From assembly GCA_044892505.1 (NCBI GenBank), contig CM097882.1:241118001-241182000 (forward strand): a stretch of DNA of 64,000 nucleotides, in the 5' to 3' direction. The stretch is from Schmidtea nova (Eukaryota). Below, in pieces: positions 61,590 through 64,000 of the stretch. The translations under genes were made by a program, and so were the position numbers. The notes under the pieces were generated by a model. The model saw only the letters and a list, made by a program, of their open reading frames with translations. It was not told the origin of the DNA and made no database searches. Position 1 is the stretch's first letter, and every line of letters starts with the position of its first letter.

Positions 61590-62058
61590 TAACACAAAAC
61601 ATTTATTTAACAATTTACCAAACTTTATTCTTGTAACATTTCAATTGGAAGCTCAATATTATGGTTCATATGCAGAAACGAGTTCAAAATTTAACCATTT
61701 TAGTATAACTTCATTAACTTTGTCGAAAAACTCTGATTATCGTGAAACATATACGCAAGATTTTGACAAAGATAATTATGCTGTAACTTAAATGCAAACT
61801 ATTGTACGAAATATGGGTTATTTAGACAAGAATTTAAATTGTGGAATAGATCTTGTAGACTTTAAAAGTAAATACCCCTTCTTTACATTTGTGTTGGCTC
61901 CCAACTGTGATTGGAATCAATCACAGTTACCTCAAAATGGAAATTTAAGACTTGATATTAAATTCAACAAGGCTCTTACATCTCCTGCATATGTAATAAT
62001 TTATGGTGTTTTTGAGAGTGAAATCCAGATCTCCTCAAATCGAACTATTTTAGTGTAA
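61590..62058 (+). pseudogene. Polinton major capsid protein, C-terminal part only, with in-frame stop
   Basis: LPNFILVTF..YYGSY..SKFNHFSITSL..T*MQTI..GNLRLDIKFNKAL..VIIYGVFESEIQISSNR resembles the C-terminus of F54H12.2-type Polinton capsid proteins. Confidence 0.7.
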
Positions 62059-62089
62059 ACAAAGTTGTTGATTAATATTATTTCGAAAT

Positions 62090-62475
62090 ATGGAGTAAGT
62101 TCGTATTGTTACTATTAATTTTACTAATGTAGTTCTATTCAGCTTAATAGAATTGCAACAAATTTATTTGAATATAATTTTTTGGGAGTTTATCCATTAG
62201 GTAAAATTCCTTTTCTAAACGATAACAAAGCCATCATTGTCAATACACAATCATCAAGTCTTGAAGGAGAACATTGGCTAGCCATATATATGACCAGAGG
62301 AAAGATTCATGTGTTTGACCCTATGGGTTATTATTATCCATCATTCTTGGTATCGAAGCTCTCCAAATTATCAAAACCAATTGTTTACAACAGAAATAGA
62401 TATCAAGATCCATTTACAATTATTTGCGGACAATTGTGTATTGTTTGCTTATATTATATGTTTAATAAATGTTAA
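62090..62475 (+). CDS. Adenain-like cysteine protease (capsid maturation) with a 38-nt intron
   Basis: IVNTQ..GEHW, FDPMG, YQD, ICGQLC (His/Asp/Gln/Cys residues). ATG at 62090 and intron 62095-62132 give MDSIQLNRIA..FLGVYP. Confidence 0.88.
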
Positions 62476-64000
62476 TTATTTGGCGTATGACTTTTATTTT
62501 CAAAAATAACTAAAATAACTCGTTTGTTTTTATAACTTTTAATAAAATAACATTTAAACAACTTTAGTAATAACAACAACAACAAGAATGTAAAATTGTT
62601 ATTCCGATAAATATTGGTCTGAATCGCTTGATACAAAACTTGGGAATGCTCCGTTGATGATTGTTGTTGTTGTTGTTGGTCAGGAAAGTCACTTTGAGTA
62701 TTAATATTATTATTTACAACACTTTCCTCAGAAATTACTACAGAATAATGCCCATAAGCTAGACTTTTGTTCCTCCCCACCCAAACCCTTTTATCATCGT
62801 TGTTAGTTAATGCGACTTTATTTGTTTTAAATGTTAACAACTGATGATTTTTAGTACCGATTCTAATTTGTGGGACTTTTGGAATTATCATTCCATTAAA
62901 ACAGTCCAAATATGACTGGTGATTTATTATAGTCTGTCCCAACCGAATACCTTTTGCTTTTAACGTTTGTTTCTTTGGACCTCCCAAGAGACTATATAAC
63001 TTTGGACGAAGGAAAACCCATTCTTTATATTTGATTCCTTTACTTTCGTCCTTAAATTTTCCCACAACTGATGCCAAATCTCTATTGAATAATGGATGGG
63101 AGGAATCATAGTTTGAAGTTTGAATTTCTCTTAATAAAACTTCCAGGTTTAAATTCTTTACCTCCAAAAAGAATGAGTCAGTGTCTCCAGCTACAATATT
63201 AATTTCACAATTGAATTGTTCCCTATACTTTTGCAAATCATTATATTGCAGTTGGTACATTCTTAGTTTGGATAAATCCAAGACTGTTTGACCAATATAT
63301 GTTGGTCTATCCAAACATACAATTTCCTGATTCAACAGAGCAGCTATTAGGTTGTCAGCAATTTTGAAGCTTTTCTTGAACCCAGGTTTAGATGCATATG
63401 TCACCATTTTCTTCTGGGTATTACATAGACGTAAATTTATTCGTTTCTTCAAATTTTCTACCGTTTTGCCATAGAAGCTATTGTTTAATAGCTTATAATA
63501 ATCTTTATCTAATTCTGTCAAGGAAGCAGCTCGTAATTTTGTATTGTTGTCGATATAATTTTTAAATATTTGTCCTTGTTTGAATTTAATTGCTCTATGG
63601 ACCTTTGTTACTTGAACACCCAACATCAGGAAAAACTTCAACAATCTCCAATGAATCACATAATTCTTCTTTGAATAATGTGTTAATAAAAGTTTAGGAA
63701 CCTTTGATTCAGAGGGGCACATTTTCTCAGCTGCTGCAGGCAAATCATCTATTAAATCGTGAATCTCATCAGGAATTTCCAAATCCACCTCCATTGTAAA
63801 TCCGTAATTGAGTTTTTCCAGCTCCAATGTTTGACAATCTTCCAAGACTTTATCTAGATTGTCATGAACCCATTTGAATTCTCCGCATGGTAGACTTTGA
63901 CTGAGTGCCCAACCATATAGATTATTAATGTCTATATAAAGCAACTCAGTATTTTCATCAGTTTTCACATGATGTTTGTTGACAAATGTAAGTCCCCCTC
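62472..64000 (-). CDS. polB: Protein-primed family B DNA polymerase (N-terminus beyond the window)
   Basis: YIDINNLYGWALSQSLP, KLLNNSFYGKT, AGDTDSFF, GKFKDE, LRPKLYS, KAKGI, DDKR. Confidence 0.95.
   Translation of the reverse strand, partial: GGLTFVNKHHVKTDENTELLYIDINNLYGWALSQSLPCGEFKWVHDNLDKVLEDCQTLELEKLNYGFTMEVDLEIPDEIHDLIDDLPAAAEKMCPSESKVPKLLLTHYSKKNYVIHWRLLKFFLMLGVQVTKVHRAIKFKQGQIFKNYIDNNTKLRAASLTELDKDYYKLLNNSFYGKTVENLKKRINLRLCNTQKKMVTYASKPGFKKSFKIADNLIAALLNQEIVCLDRPTYIGQTVLDLSKLRMYQLQYNDLQKYREQFNCEINIVAGDTDSFFLEVKNLNLEVLLREIQTSNYDSSHPLFNRDLASVVGKFKDESKGIKYKEWVFLRPKLYSLLGGPKKQTLKAKGIRLGQTIINHQSYLDCFNGMIIPKVPQIRIGTKNHQLLTFKTNKVALTNNDDKRVWVGRNKSLAYGHYSVVISEESVVNNNINTQSDFPDQQQQQQSSTEHSQVLYQAIQTNIYRNNNFTFLLLLLLLKLFKCYFIKSYKNKRVILVIFENKSHTPNN

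Larger units (their letters stand above)
59500..64000. mobile_element. Polinton/Maverick (adintovirus-like) element, partial and decaying; continues beyond the window
   Basis: Cluster of protein-primed PolB, adenain protease and major capsid fragment plus accessory ORFs; left TIR not found. Confidence 0.9.

Noticed and set aside
62472-62740. Novel hydrophobic C-terminal domain on PolB
   Set aside because: Low-complexity read-through after the polymerase core (LAYGHY), most likely from a frameshift in the CAA repeat.

Overview
AT-rich eukaryotic (metazoan) genomic DNA with assembly gaps and (TA)n microsatellites. The giant Ty3/gypsy element and short introns suggest a planarian-type flatworm, which is an inference. 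One host gene can be built by hand: a divergent ionotropic glutamate receptor / IR-like channel on the + strand, with nine phase-compatible exons from about 12.95 to 43.23 kb and introns filled by transposons. The rest is mobile DNA. At 1-7.7 kb (-) is the 5' part of a giant Ty3/gypsy-like element with gag (three CCHC knuckles), a RING-finger gene, two other accessory ORFs and a leader array of six covarying RNA hairpins. Captured USP7 and proteasome alpha-subunit fragments lie at 9-10.5 kb. A non-autonomous Maverick-type element with a 6-bp TSD is at 15.06-17.69 kb. A full-length decayed gypsy with 125-bp AGT...ACT LTRs is at 26.5-31.0 kb, followed by a 579-bp near-perfect palindrome. There are also hAT, piggyBac, Penelope and Mag-type gypsy remnants. 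At 59.5-64 kb is part of a Polinton/Maverick (protein-primed PolB, adenain protease, capsid fragment) carrying a Bcl-2 homologue, a TBP-like gene and 37-38-nt introns. All homology calls come from motif recognition by eye; no searches were run.
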